Shown here: in pieces, positions 19,618 through 29,796 of the stretch
How the letters are laid out: each line of letters begins with the position of its first letter
How positions within the stretch are numbered: the stretch's first letter is position 1
Assembly (NCBI GenBank): GCA_049520795.1
Contig: JBEKPK010000001.1
Span: 1-46,894 of the forward strand
Direction: 5' to 3'
Origin: Bryobacteraceae bacterium
GTDB taxonomy: Bacteria; Acidobacteriota; Terriglobia; Bryobacterales; Bryobacteraceae
DNA: 46,894 bases
Translations under genes and position numbers: made by a program
The notes under the pieces: model-generated
Seen by the model: only the letters and a program-made list of their open reading frames with translations
Told to the model about the DNA's origin: nothing
Database searches by the model: none

Positions 19618-21297
19618 CTATGATGAAGTTGCTTTGTCTTGAACTACGGTGATCGCTCGATCACGGGCCTCGATTTTCGTGATCTCGCGATCACGGCCTG
19701 CTCCGCCGCCGGAGGCGACGGGGTCCTTTTCGCGCGCGGCCGCCGCCACGGGGCGGAATACCAGCGCCACGCCGTCGTCGTATACCAGACGCCAGCGCCG
19801 CGATTCCTTCAATGCCCCCGCCAGCGCCATGCGCGGCGAGAGCAGAATTGTGTCGATTCCAAAACCGTTGAGCGTCCGCTCCCAGTCGTACTTCACGTTC
19901 TGAACGTCCACCACCTTGGTCTCGAACTCCGGACCGTAATAGTCGCTGCGGCCATCCACGAATACCTTGTTTCGCGGATAGCACCGGTAGATCAGATAGT
20001 CGCCCCATTGGTCGTAGGTGAATATCCGGGCGGCGGGATAGCCGCGCAGCGTCTCGATGGCCGCCACCGGAAACGACCGCGGATCGAACTCCGCACGGAA
20101 GCGCCGCGGCGGGTTGGGGGCCAGCAACAGCGCCGCCACCGCCAGTGCGCCCGCCGCGCTCACCACATGCCAGCGTGCCAGCGCGTCCGTCGAGGCGGCG
20201 TCGGCGGCTACCCGGTTGAATCTCCGCGCCGCGCTTCGCAGCCAGGCGGCTACGTTGGCCGAGGCCAGACGCTTCAGACCGGCATCGATCATGGCCGCTA
20301 CCGGAGGCGCCGCGAGCAATGCGAAAACCGGCATGTTGCGCGCCGCCACCAGCGCCCCGTGCGCCCACACGATCAGCAACAGGGGCTCCACGTAGCGCCC
20401 CCTGGCTGCGTTCCACAGCGCCGCGGCCACCCCGGCGCCCAGCATGCCTTCGTAGAATAACGCCATGGGGTGATGGAAATTCAGGGAATAGAACTCCAAA
20501 ATATAGCTTGTCGAAGGGTCGCGCAGGTAATTCAATATGTGGGCGTGCAGATGATAGAAATACGGGTTCGCCAGACTGGCCGCCAGGCATCCCGCGGCCG
20601 ACAGGAAGTACCGGGCGGCGTTCCGCCGCGCGGCCGCGCGTTGGTCGCTGTTGTGGGCCAGCGCCAGCTTCAACAGCTCCGCGCCGCCGTACGCGCCAAT
20701 CAAGAGGATGCCCACAAAGAAACCACCGTGGAGATTGGTCCACAAGATCGTGGCGAGGGGCAAGAGCATCAGGTAGGGCACGCGCCGCCAGCGCGTCTGC
20801 CCATCGCGGACCCGCTCCAGGGCGGTGTAAAACAATGCCAGGAAGAGAAGCGTAAACAGGTGCGGCCGCGCCAGCCAGTGCATCGATGAACACACCGCCG
20901 CCACCATGGTCACGCCCAGCGCGATGATCGGGTTGGCCTTGCGCCGCGCCAGCCGGAACAGGATGGTGAAAGTCGCCGATACCAGCAGGACTCCCGCCAG
21001 CACTACCAGGGCCAGCCCGCCGTGGCTGTGCAGCCACGCCCAGATGGCGTCGGTCAGCCACTCCCACGCGAACCACGGGCCCCCAGGCTTCGAAAAGGAA
21101 AACAGGTCCTGTGTAGGGACCGTGTGGTTGGCCAGAATCCAATCGCCCGTCCGGATGTGCCAGCCCGTGTCGCAGTCCTCCAGCATCGACTGCGCGCCTT
21201 CCATCCGCCCGAAAAGAAATACCATGGGCATAAGAAATGCGAAGTCCGTGAGAGACGGCAACAGCTTAATGGCCGGATTCAATCGCCGGGCGGACAT
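19618..21297 (-). CDS. Large polytopic membrane protein, GT-C-like architecture (putative glycosyltransferase; function unproven)
   Basis: About 559 aa from MSARRLNPAIK. After TM1 there is an acidic loop (MLEDCDTGWHIRTGDW), followed by more than 10 TM segments and a ~150-aa soluble C-terminus. It lies between the PilZ gene and flp. Confidence 0.7.
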   Translation of the reverse strand: MSARRLNPAIKLLPSLTDFAFLMPMVFLFGRMEGAQSMLEDCDTGWHIRTGDWILANHTVPTQDLFSFSKPGGPWFAWEWLTDAIWAWLHSHGGLALVVLAGVLLVSATFTILFRLARRKANPIIALGVTMVAAVCSSMHWLARPHLFTLLFLALFYTALERVRDGQTRWRRVPYLMLLPLATILWTNLHGGFFVGILLIGAYGGAELLKLALAHNSDQRAAARRNAARYFLSAAGCLAASLANPYFYHLHAHILNYLRDPSTSYILEFYSLNFHHPMALFYEGMLGAGVAAALWNAARGRYVEPLLLIVWAHGALVAARNMPVFALLAAPPVAAMIDAGLKRLASANVAAWLRSAARRFNRVAADAASTDALARWHVVSAAGALAVAALLLAPNPPRRFRAEFDPRSFPVAAIETLRGYPAARIFTYDQWGDYLIYRCYPRNKVFVDGRSDYYGPEFETKVVDVQNVKYDWERTLNGFGIDTILLSPRMALAGALKESRRWRLVYDDGVALVFRPVAAAAREKDPVASGGGAGRDREITKIEARDRAITVVQDKATSS

Positions 21298-21301
21298 TTT
21301 T

Positions 21302-21697
21302 TCACGCCATCCAGGAACTCGCGGCCGGATGCAGCGATTCAAACGCTCGGATCTGGTCGTGGAATGAACGAAAATCCATGTAATTCACCAGCAGTGCTAC
21401 CCGCGGGCATTCGCCTTCCATCTCCGCGATGCGCGCCACGGTCCCCTGGCAGTGAATGCACTTCTGTCCGAAACCGTGGTTGGCCGGCAGCTCGATCTCT
21501 ACCGTGAGGATCTGCCCGAGTACCGGCGGAGGCAGCGGCCCGCCCTCTCCCCGCCACACGATCAGAAGCCCGCTGCGGCTGATGTTCTCCGTGTACATCG
21601 TCCCCGGCGCCCACAGCACCGGTGAGGTCACATGGCACCGCAGTTTGATTTCCATTCGCGGGTTCTCGCGCCTATTGATGTTTTTCATTGCGGACAT
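21302..21697 (-). CDS. PilZ-domain (c-di-GMP-binding) protein
   Basis: RxxxR motif (RRENPR) and the (D/N)xSxxG motif (ENISRSGL) at PilZ-typical spacing. It is the first gene of the tad operon. Confidence 0.8.
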   Translation of the reverse strand: MSAMKNINRRENPRMEIKLRCHVTSPVLWAPGTMYTENISRSGLLIVWRGEGGPLPPPVLGQILTVEIELPANHGFGQKCIHCQGTVARIAEMEGECPRVALLVNYMDFRSFHDQIRAFESLHPAASSWMA

Positions 21698-21864
21698 CCG
21701 CGAATGTAGCTCCGCCGCGCTCCGCCATCAATCCCGTAAATGGGCTACACGGTGTTGTTGCCCAAGGTTACTAGCAAATATTCGCTTTGGATGGCGCCGC
21801 CGCGCCAGGGGCTGCGGCGCGCCCTCCCGACGGCCCCAGCCGGTCTCGAAAGAGAGGGCAAGAC

Positions 21865-22115
21865 TACGTTAATACTAGTGAATTATCTTTGACAAAAATC
21901 AGTTCATTCGCGGCCTGCATAATTCGTTAAACAATTCATAATAAACTTGTTGGTGATTTTAGTAGGGTTCACAGCTCCATGGTGACGCGCTGCTTTTCAT
22001 GGTTAATTAACGTTAATTAACCAGATTTTCTCAAATTAATTATTGACAACCGAAGTAAATAATCGGAAAATTCAAAATATTCAAGTTTTAAAGTCCGCAA
22101 GTCCTTTATGGATTT
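21865..22115. promoter_or_regulatory. AT-rich divergent control region between the tad operon and the LuxR-type regulator
   Basis: About 250 bp that is visibly AT-rich in an otherwise GC-rich window. It contains TTGACA hexamers at 21889 and 22043, two TTAATTAA sites and other A/T repeats. Confidence 0.6.
22001..22022. promoter_or_regulatory. Perfect 22-bp palindrome GGTTAATTAACGTTAATTAACC (candidate operator)
   Basis: It is exactly self-complementary (checked base by base) and lies centrally in the divergent AT-rich region. Confidence 0.6.
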
Positions 22116-22172
22116 CCGGACGCCAGGATCTCGCGTGAATAGCGGGACCGGCCGTTTGAATGGAGTGACGAT

Positions 22173-22925
22173 ATGACGCGCATTCTTCTCTATAGCGACG
22201 AACCAATTCTCTGCAAGGGCCTCGAGTCGGTGCTCCGCCAGGTGGAGGGATTCGAATTGCTGCCGACCTGCGGCTCCCTGCCCTGCCTTCTCGAACAAAT
22301 GGCGCGCCTAGCACCGGATCTGGTGCTCATGGACCTCACATCCGAGGTCACCTTCGGCGTCCTGAGCGACATGAAACACGCCTTGGCCCACACCCGCATC
22401 GTGCTATGGGTCAATGCCATTTCCACCGAGCTGGCTTTCCAGGCCATGGGGCTCGGGGTGCGGGGCATTCTGCGCAAGACCCTGCCCACCGATTTGCAGG
22501 TCAAGTGCCTGCAGAAGGTGCAGGCCGGCGAGCTGTGGTTCGAAAAGGCCCTCACCGACAGCTTCCTGTGCGCCCGCCGGGTGGCCCTCACGCAGCGTGA
22601 AGGGCAGCTCGTCAGCCTCCTCTCGCAAGGGCTGAAGAACAAGGAGATCGCCACCACCCTGATGATCTCCGAGGGGACCGTCAAGGTTTATCTTTCGCGG
22701 CTGTTCCAGAAAGTGGGCGTGAAGGATCGCTTCGAGCTGGCCCTGTTCGGGCTGAAGAACCTCTCTACCGGCCAGCTTCCGCTGGCCGAAAAAGGCCATC
22801 GCGCCGGCGCCACCGCCGTTCCGGGCCTGCGCTCCCTGGTGCTCGAGCGTCCCCCCGAGCCGCAGCGCCCGGAACCGGTTCGCTACGCCACCCCCCTGCG
22901 GCCCATCGCCTCGCGCAACTTCTGA
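22173..22925 (+). CDS. NarL/FixJ(LuxR)-family response regulator
   Basis: Receiver domain (ILLYSDEP...PDLVLMDL...) and a C-terminal GerE/LuxR HTH (LTQREGQLVSLLSQGLKNKEIATTLMISEGTVKVYLSRLFQKVGV), plus a ~45-aa Pro-rich tail. Confidence 0.9.
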   Translation: MTRILLYSDEPILCKGLESVLRQVEGFELLPTCGSLPCLLEQMARLAPDLVLMDLTSEVTFGVLSDMKHALAHTRIVLWVNAISTELAFQAMGLGVRGILRKTLPTDLQVKCLQKVQAGELWFEKALTDSFLCARRVALTQREGQLVSLLSQGLKNKEIATTLMISEGTVKVYLSRLFQKVGVKDRFELALFGLKNLSTGQLPLAEKGHRAGATAVPGLRSLVLERPPEPQRPEPVRYATPLRPIASRNF

Positions 22926-22929
22926 CCGT

Positions 22930-23009
22930 GGGATAAGGCTCCAGCCTTGTCAATCCGAGCGAAGCTCGGACGCGCAAGATTCGGATCGACAAGGCCGGAG
23001 CCTTATCCC
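22930..23009. repeat. 80-bp hairpin element (REP-C pair) between convergent genes
   Basis: The arms GGGATAAGGCTCCAGCCTTGTCAATCCGA (22930-22958) and its complement at 22981-23009 match at 27 of 29 positions, with a 22-nt spacer. A related solo copy lies at 37234. Confidence 0.85.
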
Positions 23010-23027
23010 GCTCGGGCCAGCGCCCCC

Positions 23028-24824
23028 CTAGCGCTGGTTCGCTTTCAGAATCTTCTTTCGGAGCCGGATCGATTGCGGGGTCACTTCCACGTACTCGTCT
23101 TCGCGGATGAACTCGATGGCCTGTTCCAGGTTCAGGATACGCGGCGGCACCAGGCGGATGGCCTCGTCGGCCGTGGAAGCGCGCATGTTGGTCTGCTTCT
23201 TTTCCTTCACGATGTTGCAGTCGATGTCCCGGTCGCGCGCGTTCTCTCCCACAATCATGCCTTCGTAGACCTCCGTGCCGGGCGCCACGAAGATCTCACC
23301 CCGCTCCTGGAGATTGAAAATGGCGTATCCGGTGGTCCGGCCGGGGCGGTCGGCCACCAGCGAGCCGGTGGGGCGCGTGGGGATGTCGCCCTGCCAGTCG
23401 ATGTAGCCGTGAAACAGCGAGTTCATAATGGCCGTGCCGCGCGTATCGGTGAGGATTTCGCTGCGCAGTCCGATCAATCCGCGCGACGGCACATGGAATT
23501 CCAGGCGCACGCGGCCCGATCCGTGGTTCACCATGCGGATCATTTTTCCCTTGCGCGCGCCGAGTTGTTCGATCACCACGCCCAGGAAGCTCTCCGGGCA
23601 ATCGATCACCAGGTGCTCCACCGGCTCCTGAATTCTCCCGTCCACCGTCCGCGTCAGGATTTCCGGCTTGCCCACCATCAGCTCGTATCCCTCGCGCCGC
23701 ATCATCTCGATGAGAATGGCGAGTTGCAGCTCTCCGCGGCCCATCACCTTGAAGGCGTCGTGCGAGAGTTCCTCCACGCGTATCGAGACGTTGGTCAGCA
23801 GTTCCTTATCCAGCCGCTCGCGCAGGTTGCGCGACGTTACCCATTGGCCATCCCGGCCCGCGAACGGACTCGTGTTGATGGTGAAAGCCATCGCGATGGT
23901 CGGCTCGTCGATGTGCACATGCGCCAGCGGGAGAGGCGTCTCCACGCTGGTCACCGTCTCCCCGATGGTGATGCCTTCCACGCCCGCGATGGCCAGAATG
24001 TCGCCCGGCCGCCCCACCGTTTCATCCACCCGCTTGAGGCCTTCGAAGGAATACAACTTGGTGATGCGCGTGGTTTGGAGCGATCCGTCGCGCTTGGCGA
24101 TGGCCACCGTGTCGCCGTATCGCAGGGTCCCGTTGAACACCCGTCCGATGGCCAGGCGGCCCAGGTAGTCGCTGTAATCCAGGTTGGCGACGAGCATCTG
24201 CAACACCCCGTCCGGATCGCCGGCGGGGGCCGGGATGTGTTCCAGAATCGCGTCGAAGAGGGGACGTAGATCGCTCGGAGGATCCTCCATTGAGCGCTTC
24301 GAGACGCCGGTCTTCGAAATTGTGTACAGCACCGGAAAATCGAGCTGGTCCTCGGTCGCGTCCAGGTCGATGAACAGGTCGTACACCTCGTTGAGCACTT
24401 CCTGCGGGCGCGCATCGGCGCGGTCGATCTTGTTGATCACCACGATGGGAGGCAGTTTGGCTTCGAGCGCTTTGGAGAGCACGTAACGCGTCTGCGGCAG
24501 CGGCCCCTCGCTGGCGTCCACCAGCAGCATGACCCCGTCCACCACCTTCAGGGCGCGCTCCACTTCGCCCCCGAAATCGCTGTGGCCGGGGGTATCCACG
24601 ATGTTGATCTTGACGCCGTGGTAGCGGATGCCCGTGATCTTGGAGAGAATTGTGATGCCGCGCTCGCGCTCGAGCTCGTTGGAATCCATGACCCGGTCGA
24701 CATGCTCTTCGTGCGTGCCGAAAATGCCGCTCTGGTTGAGCATGGCGTCCACGAGAGTGGTCTTGCCATGATCCACGTGCGCGATGATGGCGATGTTGCG
24801 GATGGCCGTGTTGCCGGTTTGCAT
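23028..24824 (-). CDS. typA: Translational GTPase TypA/BipA
   Basis: Starts at ATG 24824: [33 protein letters not shown].... G1-G4 motifs and EF-G-like domains are present. The upstream extension in the track ORF runs through REP sequence. Confidence 0.95.
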   Translation of the reverse strand: MQTGNTAIRNIAIIAHVDHGKTTLVDAMLNQSGIFGTHEEHVDRVMDSNELERERGITILSKITGIRYHGVKINIVDTPGHSDFGGEVERALKVVDGVMLLVDASEGPLPQTRYVLSKALEAKLPPIVVINKIDRADARPQEVLNEVYDLFIDLDATEDQLDFPVLYTISKTGVSKRSMEDPPSDLRPLFDAILEHIPAPAGDPDGVLQMLVANLDYSDYLGRLAIGRVFNGTLRYGDTVAIAKRDGSLQTTRITKLYSFEGLKRVDETVGRPGDILAIAGVEGITIGETVTSVETPLPLAHVHIDEPTIAMAFTINTSPFAGRDGQWVTSRNLRERLDKELLTNVSIRVEELSHDAFKVMGRGELQLAILIEMMRREGYELMVGKPEILTRTVDGRIQEPVEHLVIDCPESFLGVVIEQLGARKGKMIRMVNHGSGRVRLEFHVPSRGLIGLRSEILTDTRGTAIMNSLFHGYIDWQGDIPTRPTGSLVADRPGRTTGYAIFNLQERGEIFVAPGTEVYEGMIVGENARDRDIDCNIVKEKKQTNMRASTADEAIRLVPPRILNLEQAIEFIREDEYVEVTPQSIRLRKKILKANQR

Positions 24825-24916
24825 TTTTGAAGTTGAGGCGGCTGGCGGCGCCCGCGCCGTCCGGCCAGATGGGGCCTTAATCCCAAGTTTATCAGCTTTC
24901 CCCGCGTGGGACAGGT

Positions 24917-24942
24917 GGGGCAGGCGCTTTCGCCTGCCAATC
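24917..24942. repeat. REP-A hairpin repeat, copy 2 (GGGGCAGGCGCTTTCGCCTGCCAATC)
   Basis: Perfect 8-bp stem with a 4-nt loop, in the divergent region between typA and the 25051 gene. Confidence 0.8.
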
Positions 24943-25050
24943 CTCGGATCGCAAGACGATAATCTCTCCCTCCTCGGCGTTCGCCGGTAGCCGGGGGGCG
25001 TTCGCCGAAAAACGGCGGCGCGCCGGGAAGCCGCGCCGTAACCTATCCTC

Positions 25051-25287
25051 ATGCACGCCAATCACTCTCTCGCGCACGATGGATGGAGCCGGCCGTACCG
25101 CCGGGTGGCCTGGGCGCTGGCGCTGATCCTGGTCGGGGTCTTCGCGCTGCTCGGCAACCTGGGCATTTTTCACGTCGAAGATTGGTCCGACTACTGGCCT
25201 GTCGCCTTAATCGCCATCGGCGCCTTTCAGCTTGTGGACCGCATCGGCGCGGCCGTGGTCGCCTTCCGGCGCCGGGCTGTAGAATAG
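25051..25287 (+). CDS. Small two-TM membrane protein (LiaF-TM/DUF5668-like)
   Basis: 78 aa. [20 protein letters not shown]...[15 protein letters not shown] resembles the LiaI/LiaF-type TM pair. Confidence 0.5.
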   Translation: MHANHSLAHDGWSRPYRRVAWALALILVGVFALLGNLGIFHVEDWSDYWPVALIAIGAFQLVDRIGAAVVAFRRRAVE

Positions 25288-25305
25288 TACCTGGACCTCG
25301 ACCCC

Positions 25306-26466
25306 ATGTTCCGGTATTTCCCTCTCATCCTGAAGAACTGCTGGCGCAACCGCCGCAGAACGGTCCTGACCGTCCTGAGCATCGCCGTGTCCATGTGCCT
25401 GCTGGGGGTGATGATCGCGGTGTATCACGCATTCTACCTGAGCGCGCCCACCAACGAAGAGGCGCGCCGCCTGGTGGTGCGCAACCGCATCTCGCTGACG
25501 GTCACCCTGCCGGAATACTACGCCGCGCGCATCAAGCAGATTCCCGGCGTGCACGAGGTCATGTACTCGCAGTGGTTCAATGGAACGTACAAGGATGCGC
25601 GGGACCCCAAGAACTTCTTCGCGCGCCTGGCCGTGGAGCCCGACAAGCTCTTCCGGATGTTCCCCGAGCTCACCATACCCGAAGACCAGCGCCGGGCTTT
25701 CGAGCGCGAACGCACCGCCTGCGTAGTGGGCCGCGAGCTGGCCAACAGCCAGAATTTCAAGATTGGCGACCGGATTCCCATAGTGGGCGATATTTTCCCC
25801 GGCGACTACGAGTTCACCGTGCGCGGCATCTTCGACAGCCCGCGTTCGAGCGACGTCCTGTTCTTCAGCCGCGACTACCTGGAGCAGACGCTGCCGGAAG
25901 GGCGCCGGGGGCAGATCGGCTCCGTCTATGTGCAGATAGACGACCCGCAATTGGGCGGGCGCATAGCCGACGCTATCGACAACGAGTTCCACAACTCGAC
26001 GGTCCAGACCAAGACCGAATCCGAGCAGGCGTTTACGGTGAGTTTCCTGGCGCTGCTGGGCAATGTCAAGATGTTGCTGCTCGGCATCGCGGGAGCCGTC
26101 ACCTTCACCATCCTGCTGGTTTCGGCCAACACCATGGCCATGTCGGTGCGCGAGCGGGTGAGGGAAGTGGGCGTGCTGAAGACCCTGGGATTCACGCCGG
26201 GCATCATCCTGACGCTGATTCTGGGCGAGGCGGCGGCCATCTCGCTGATGGGCGGCGCCGCCGGCTACCTGATCTCGGTCGGGTTGACCGGGGGCATCAG
26301 CCGGAGCCCTTACGGCGGCATGTTGCCGCCCATCGATTCCTTCGCGCCTTCGGTAGCCGTCGCCTGCATGCTCACCGCCGGCGTCATAGGGGTGGCCAGC
26401 TCGCTCGTCCCCGCGCTGGGCGCTTCGCGCATTTCCATCGTCAACGCCCTGAGGAGCGAAGACTAG
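25306..26466 (+). CDS. ABC transporter permease, FtsX/MacB-like (1 of 2)
   Basis: N-terminal TM helix, a large periplasmic domain and a C-terminal FtsX 3-TM bundle ([15 protein letters not shown] motif). Confidence 0.9.
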   Translation: MFRYFPLILKNCWRNRRRTVLTVLSIAVSMCLLGVMIAVYHAFYLSAPTNEEARRLVVRNRISLTVTLPEYYAARIKQIPGVHEVMYSQWFNGTYKDARDPKNFFARLAVEPDKLFRMFPELTIPEDQRRAFERERTACVVGRELANSQNFKIGDRIPIVGDIFPGDYEFTVRGIFDSPRSSDVLFFSRDYLEQTLPEGRRGQIGSVYVQIDDPQLGGRIADAIDNEFHNSTVQTKTESEQAFTVSFLALLGNVKMLLLGIAGAVTFTILLVSANTMAMSVRERVREVGVLKTLGFTPGIILTLILGEAAAISLMGGAAGYLISVGLTGGISRSPYGGMLPPIDSFAPSVAVACMLTAGVIGVASSLVPALGASRISIVNALRSED

Positions 26467-26468
26467 CC

Positions 26469-27632
26469 ATGGCCATTCCCATCTCCTACAACCTTCGCAA
26501 CCTGCTGGTGCGCAAGACCACCACCGCCATGACCGCGCTGGGCATCGCCCTCACGGTTGCGGTGCTGCTCGCCATACTGGCGCTGGTGGGCGGCCTGCGC
26601 TCCACGCTTTCCGCCACGGGCGACCCGCTCAACGTGCTGGTGGTGCGGAAGGGCTCCGATTCCGAGCTGGTGAGCAACTTCACGCGCACCCAGTTTCAGG
26701 ACCTGAAATTCAAGCCGGGCATCGCCGCCGGACGCGACGGGCAGCCTCTCGCCTCGCTCGAAGTGGTGACCGTGGTCAACCTCGCCAACGTGGAGAACCC
26801 GGATGGAACCAACCTGACGGTGCGCGGCGTGGCGCCGGTGGGCATCGATCTGCGTCCGGGGTTGCACATCTCCTCCGGCAGGTGGTTCCAGACGGGGCGG
26901 CGCGAGCTGGTGGTGGGGCAGTCTGCCGCCCGCCGGTTCCCGGACGCGCGGATCGGAGGGAAGATCAGGTTCGGCCGCGGCGATTGGGAAGTGGTGGGAG
27001 TGATGGAAGCCGGCAATAGCGCCCAGGCCAGCGAGCTGTGGGGCGACCTGAACCAGGTGAGCGCCGACTTGCAGCGCGTCGAGGTGCTCAGCTCCGCGCT
27101 GGTGCGCGCCCCCGACGAAGCCGCCGCCCGGGCGCTGGTCAATTCCATCTCCGACGATCAACGCCTGAATATGACCGCCCTGTTGGAAAAGGACTATTAC
27201 GCCCGGCAGACCGAGCAGGCGGCGCCCATCGAATTCACCGGAATTTTCGTGGCCATCATCATGGCCATCGGCAGCAGTTTCGCGGCCATGAACACCATGT
27301 ACGCGGCGGTGGCCCGCCGCGCCCGGGAGATCGGCACGCTGCGCGTGCTGGGCTTTTCGCGAGGCAGCATCCTGCTCAGCTTCTTCCTGGAATCGGCGCT
27401 GCTTTCGGCCCTCGGCGGCGTGCTCGGCTGCCTGCTGGCGCTGCCGCTCAACGGTATTACCACCGGCATCGGCAACGCCAACTTCTCCGAGACGGCGTTC
27501 GCTTTTCGGGTGACTCCGCAAAGCATGCTCGTGGGCTTGGCCTTCGCCGTGGTCCTGGGCAGCATTGGCGGGCTGTTCCCGGCGCGCATGGCATCGAAAA
27601 AGGAGATCCTCACGGCCCTCCGGGAAGTCTAA
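26469..27632 (+). CDS. ABC transporter permease, FtsX/MacB-like (2 of 2)
   Basis: ATG 26469 ([19 protein letters not shown]...), with the same architecture and the motif [15 protein letters not shown]. The upstream part of the track's 849-aa ORF is a shadow frame. Confidence 0.9.
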   Translation: MAIPISYNLRNLLVRKTTTAMTALGIALTVAVLLAILALVGGLRSTLSATGDPLNVLVVRKGSDSELVSNFTRTQFQDLKFKPGIAAGRDGQPLASLEVVTVVNLANVENPDGTNLTVRGVAPVGIDLRPGLHISSGRWFQTGRRELVVGQSAARRFPDARIGGKIRFGRGDWEVVGVMEAGNSAQASELWGDLNQVSADLQRVEVLSSALVRAPDEAAARALVNSISDDQRLNMTALLEKDYYARQTEQAAPIEFTGIFVAIIMAIGSSFAAMNTMYAAVARRAREIGTLRVLGFSRGSILLSFFLESALLSALGGVLGCLLALPLNGITTGIGNANFSETAFAFRVTPQSMLVGLAFAVVLGSIGGLFPARMASKKEILTALREV

Positions 27633-27651
27633 TCGGCGGGCCTGTAACATC

Positions 27652-28986
27652 ATGGATGCCGAACTCAAAAACCTGAAAATCGACCGCGCTCAACGCCGCC
27701 AGCCGGCGTCCTCGAAATGGGCCGTGCGCTGGATCGCCGCCGGCGCGCTGCTCCTCGTTCTGCTGCTGGGCGCATGGCGTTTCCTTTCCGCCCGATTGGA
27801 TGCCGCTCCGGTCGTGGAGGTGGCGCGGGTGACCTCAGTCAGCGCGGCCTCCGCGCCGCGGGGCGTGGTCTTGAACGCCACCGGCTACATCGTGGCCGCG
27901 CATACCATCGAGGTGGCCGCCAAGGTGGTGGGCAAGGTCAAGTGGATCGGAGTGGAGAAGGGCGACCATGTGCAGGAAGGGCAGGTGCTGGTGCGCCTGG
28001 AGGACGACGAATACCAGGCCCAGTTGCAGCAGGCCCGAGGGAACCTGGCCATGTTGCAGGCCCGCCTGGACGAAGCCCTGCACGGTTCGCGCCCGGAAGA
28101 AGTGGCCCAGGCGCTGGCCAATGTCAACTCGGCCAAGGCCGATCTGGAGAACGCCAACGTCACCCTGGAGCGCACTAAGAATTTGGTCGCCGAAAACGTG
28201 GCCCCCCGCCAGTCGCTCGACGATGCCCAGGCGCGCTACGATTCGGCGGTGGCCAAGCTCAACGCCATCCAGAAGTCCTACGAGCTGGTGAAGCTGGGCC
28301 CGCGCCTGGAAGAGATCGACGCTCTGCGCGGCCAGGTGGACCAGGCCAAGGGCGCCGTGGCGTACGCCCAAACCGCGGTGAATAACACCGTCATCGTCTC
28401 GCCAGTCACGGGCACCATTCTGGAACGCGCGGTGGAGAAGGGCGAGTTTCTCACCACCAGCTTCGTGGGAGACCGCGGCGCCAAAGGCTACGTGGTTTCG
28501 CTGGCGGACCTCAACGACCTGGAGGTGGAGCTCGACATCAGCCAGACCGATTTTGGCAAGCTGCGCTTCGCCCAGCACGGCGTGGTGACCACGGATGCCT
28601 TCCCCGACCGCAAATACGACGGTTTCATCAAGGAGATTTCCCCCGAGGCGAACCGGCAAAAAGCCACCGTGCAAATCAAGGTGAAGGTGGTCAAACCCGA
28701 CCAGTTCCTGCGGCCCGAGATGAACGCCAGCGTGGCGTTTCTTTCCGACGAAACGCCGGCGGCCGAAACCGGCGCCAAGCCGGTGGTGATAGCGCCGTCC
28801 TCGGCCGTGCGCGATGGCGCGGTTTTCCTGCTGCTCGATGGCAGGGTGGTCCGGCGCGCCGTGAAAACCGGCGCTTCGAGCGGCAGCGGCGTGCGCATCG
28901 AACAAGGGCTCAACGGGGGTGAGGACCTGATTGTGAATCCGCCGCCGGGATTGAAGGAAGGCGACAAAGTGCGCCAGAAGGCTTGA
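27652..28986 (+). CDS. HlyD/MacA-family periplasmic adaptor (membrane fusion protein)
   Basis: TM anchor, lipoyl-like motif ([18 protein letters not shown]), a long coiled coil and a beta-barrel C-terminal domain. Confidence 0.9.
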   Translation: MDAELKNLKIDRAQRRQPASSKWAVRWIAAGALLLVLLLGAWRFLSARLDAAPVVEVARVTSVSAASAPRGVVLNATGYIVAAHTIEVAAKVVGKVKWIGVEKGDHVQEGQVLVRLEDDEYQAQLQQARGNLAMLQARLDEALHGSRPEEVAQALANVNSAKADLENANVTLERTKNLVAENVAPRQSLDDAQARYDSAVAKLNAIQKSYELVKLGPRLEEIDALRGQVDQAKGAVAYAQTAVNNTVIVSPVTGTILERAVEKGEFLTTSFVGDRGAKGYVVSLADLNDLEVELDISQTDFGKLRFAQHGVVTTDAFPDRKYDGFIKEISPEANRQKATVQIKVKVVKPDQFLRPEMNASVAFLSDETPAAETGAKPVVIAPSSAVRDGAVFLLLDGRVVRRAVKTGASSGSGVRIEQGLNGGEDLIVNPPPGLKEGDKVRQKA

Positions 28987-28988
28987 CT

Positions 28989-29684
28989 ATGAGCGAAATC
29001 GTCATCGAAACACGCAACCTCACCAAGGAATTCCTGCGCGACGAGTTTCATGTGGTGGCTCTCCGGAATGTGAGCCTCGAAATCGACCGCGGCGAGTTCG
29101 TGGCGCTCATGGGCCCGTCGGGCTCCGGCAAGTCCACCCTGCTGCACCTCATCGCCGCCATGGACACCCCCACGGAGGGCGAAATCGTGGTGCTGGGCCA
29201 CGATCTGCGCCAGATGAACGAGCGTCAAATCGCCCACTGGCGCAATGAAAACGTGGGCTTCGTCTTCCAGCAGTTCAACCTCATTCCGGTGCTCAGCGCC
29301 ATCGAAAACGTGGAGCTTCCGCTCAAGCTCACCAACCTGAAGAAGGCCGAGCGCCTGGAGCACGCCGCCACCGCGCTCAATCTGGTGGGCCTGGGCGACC
29401 GGCTTGCGCACTATCCCCGCCAGCTCTCCGGAGGCCAGGAGCAGCGGGTGGCCATCGCGCGGGCCATCGTGACGGATCCGGCCCTGATCCTGGCCGATGA
29501 GCCAACGGGGAACCTGGACGCCGCCTCCGCGCAAGAGGTGCTGACCATCCTGGCCAAATTGAACCGCGATTTCGGCAAGACGGTGGTAATGGTGACCCAC
29601 GATCCGCACGCCGCCCAGCACGCCAGCAAGATTCATCACCTGGAAAAAGGCGAGTTACTGGAGCAGGGCGTCGCGCCGGCGTGA
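28989..29684 (+). CDS. ABC transporter ATP-binding protein (MacB/LolD-like)
   Basis: Walker [10 protein letters not shown], signature [14 protein letters not shown] and Walker B LILADEPT. An alternative start is TTG at 28983. Confidence 0.95.
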   Translation: MSEIVIETRNLTKEFLRDEFHVVALRNVSLEIDRGEFVALMGPSGSGKSTLLHLIAAMDTPTEGEIVVLGHDLRQMNERQIAHWRNENVGFVFQQFNLIPVLSAIENVELPLKLTNLKKAERLEHAATALNLVGLGDRLAHYPRQLSGGQEQRVAIARAIVTDPALILADEPTGNLDAASAQEVLTILAKLNRDFGKTVVMVTHDPHAAQHASKIHHLEKGELLEQGVAPA

Positions 29685-29694
29685 CGGACCGTTG

Positions 29695-29741
29695 TGGAGC
29701 GGCCCTCCGGGCTGCCATGCCGGCATCCGCGCCGGCGTTCT
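29695..29741. repeat. REP-B 47-nt intergenic repeat, copy 2
   Basis: TGGAGCGGCCCTCCGGGCTGCCATGCCGGCATCCGCGCCGGCGTTCT, between the ABC ATPase gene and the DUF2760-like gene. Confidence 0.8.
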
Positions 29742-29796
29742 TTCGGGCGCGGCCCGGCCTCGCCATATCCGGTATCCTAGGAATCGGGGAGCTATC

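Noticed and set aside
22017-22314. Small minus-strand ORFs (93 aa and 77 aa) in the AT-rich region
   Set aside because: They run from the 5' end of the response-regulator gene into the AT-rich promoter island. They have no SD or domain. I interpret the region as regulatory DNA.
22947-24269. 440-aa plus-strand ORF and other ORFs opposite typA
   Set aside because: It is antisense to the unambiguous TypA/BipA gene and begins inside the REP-C hairpin.
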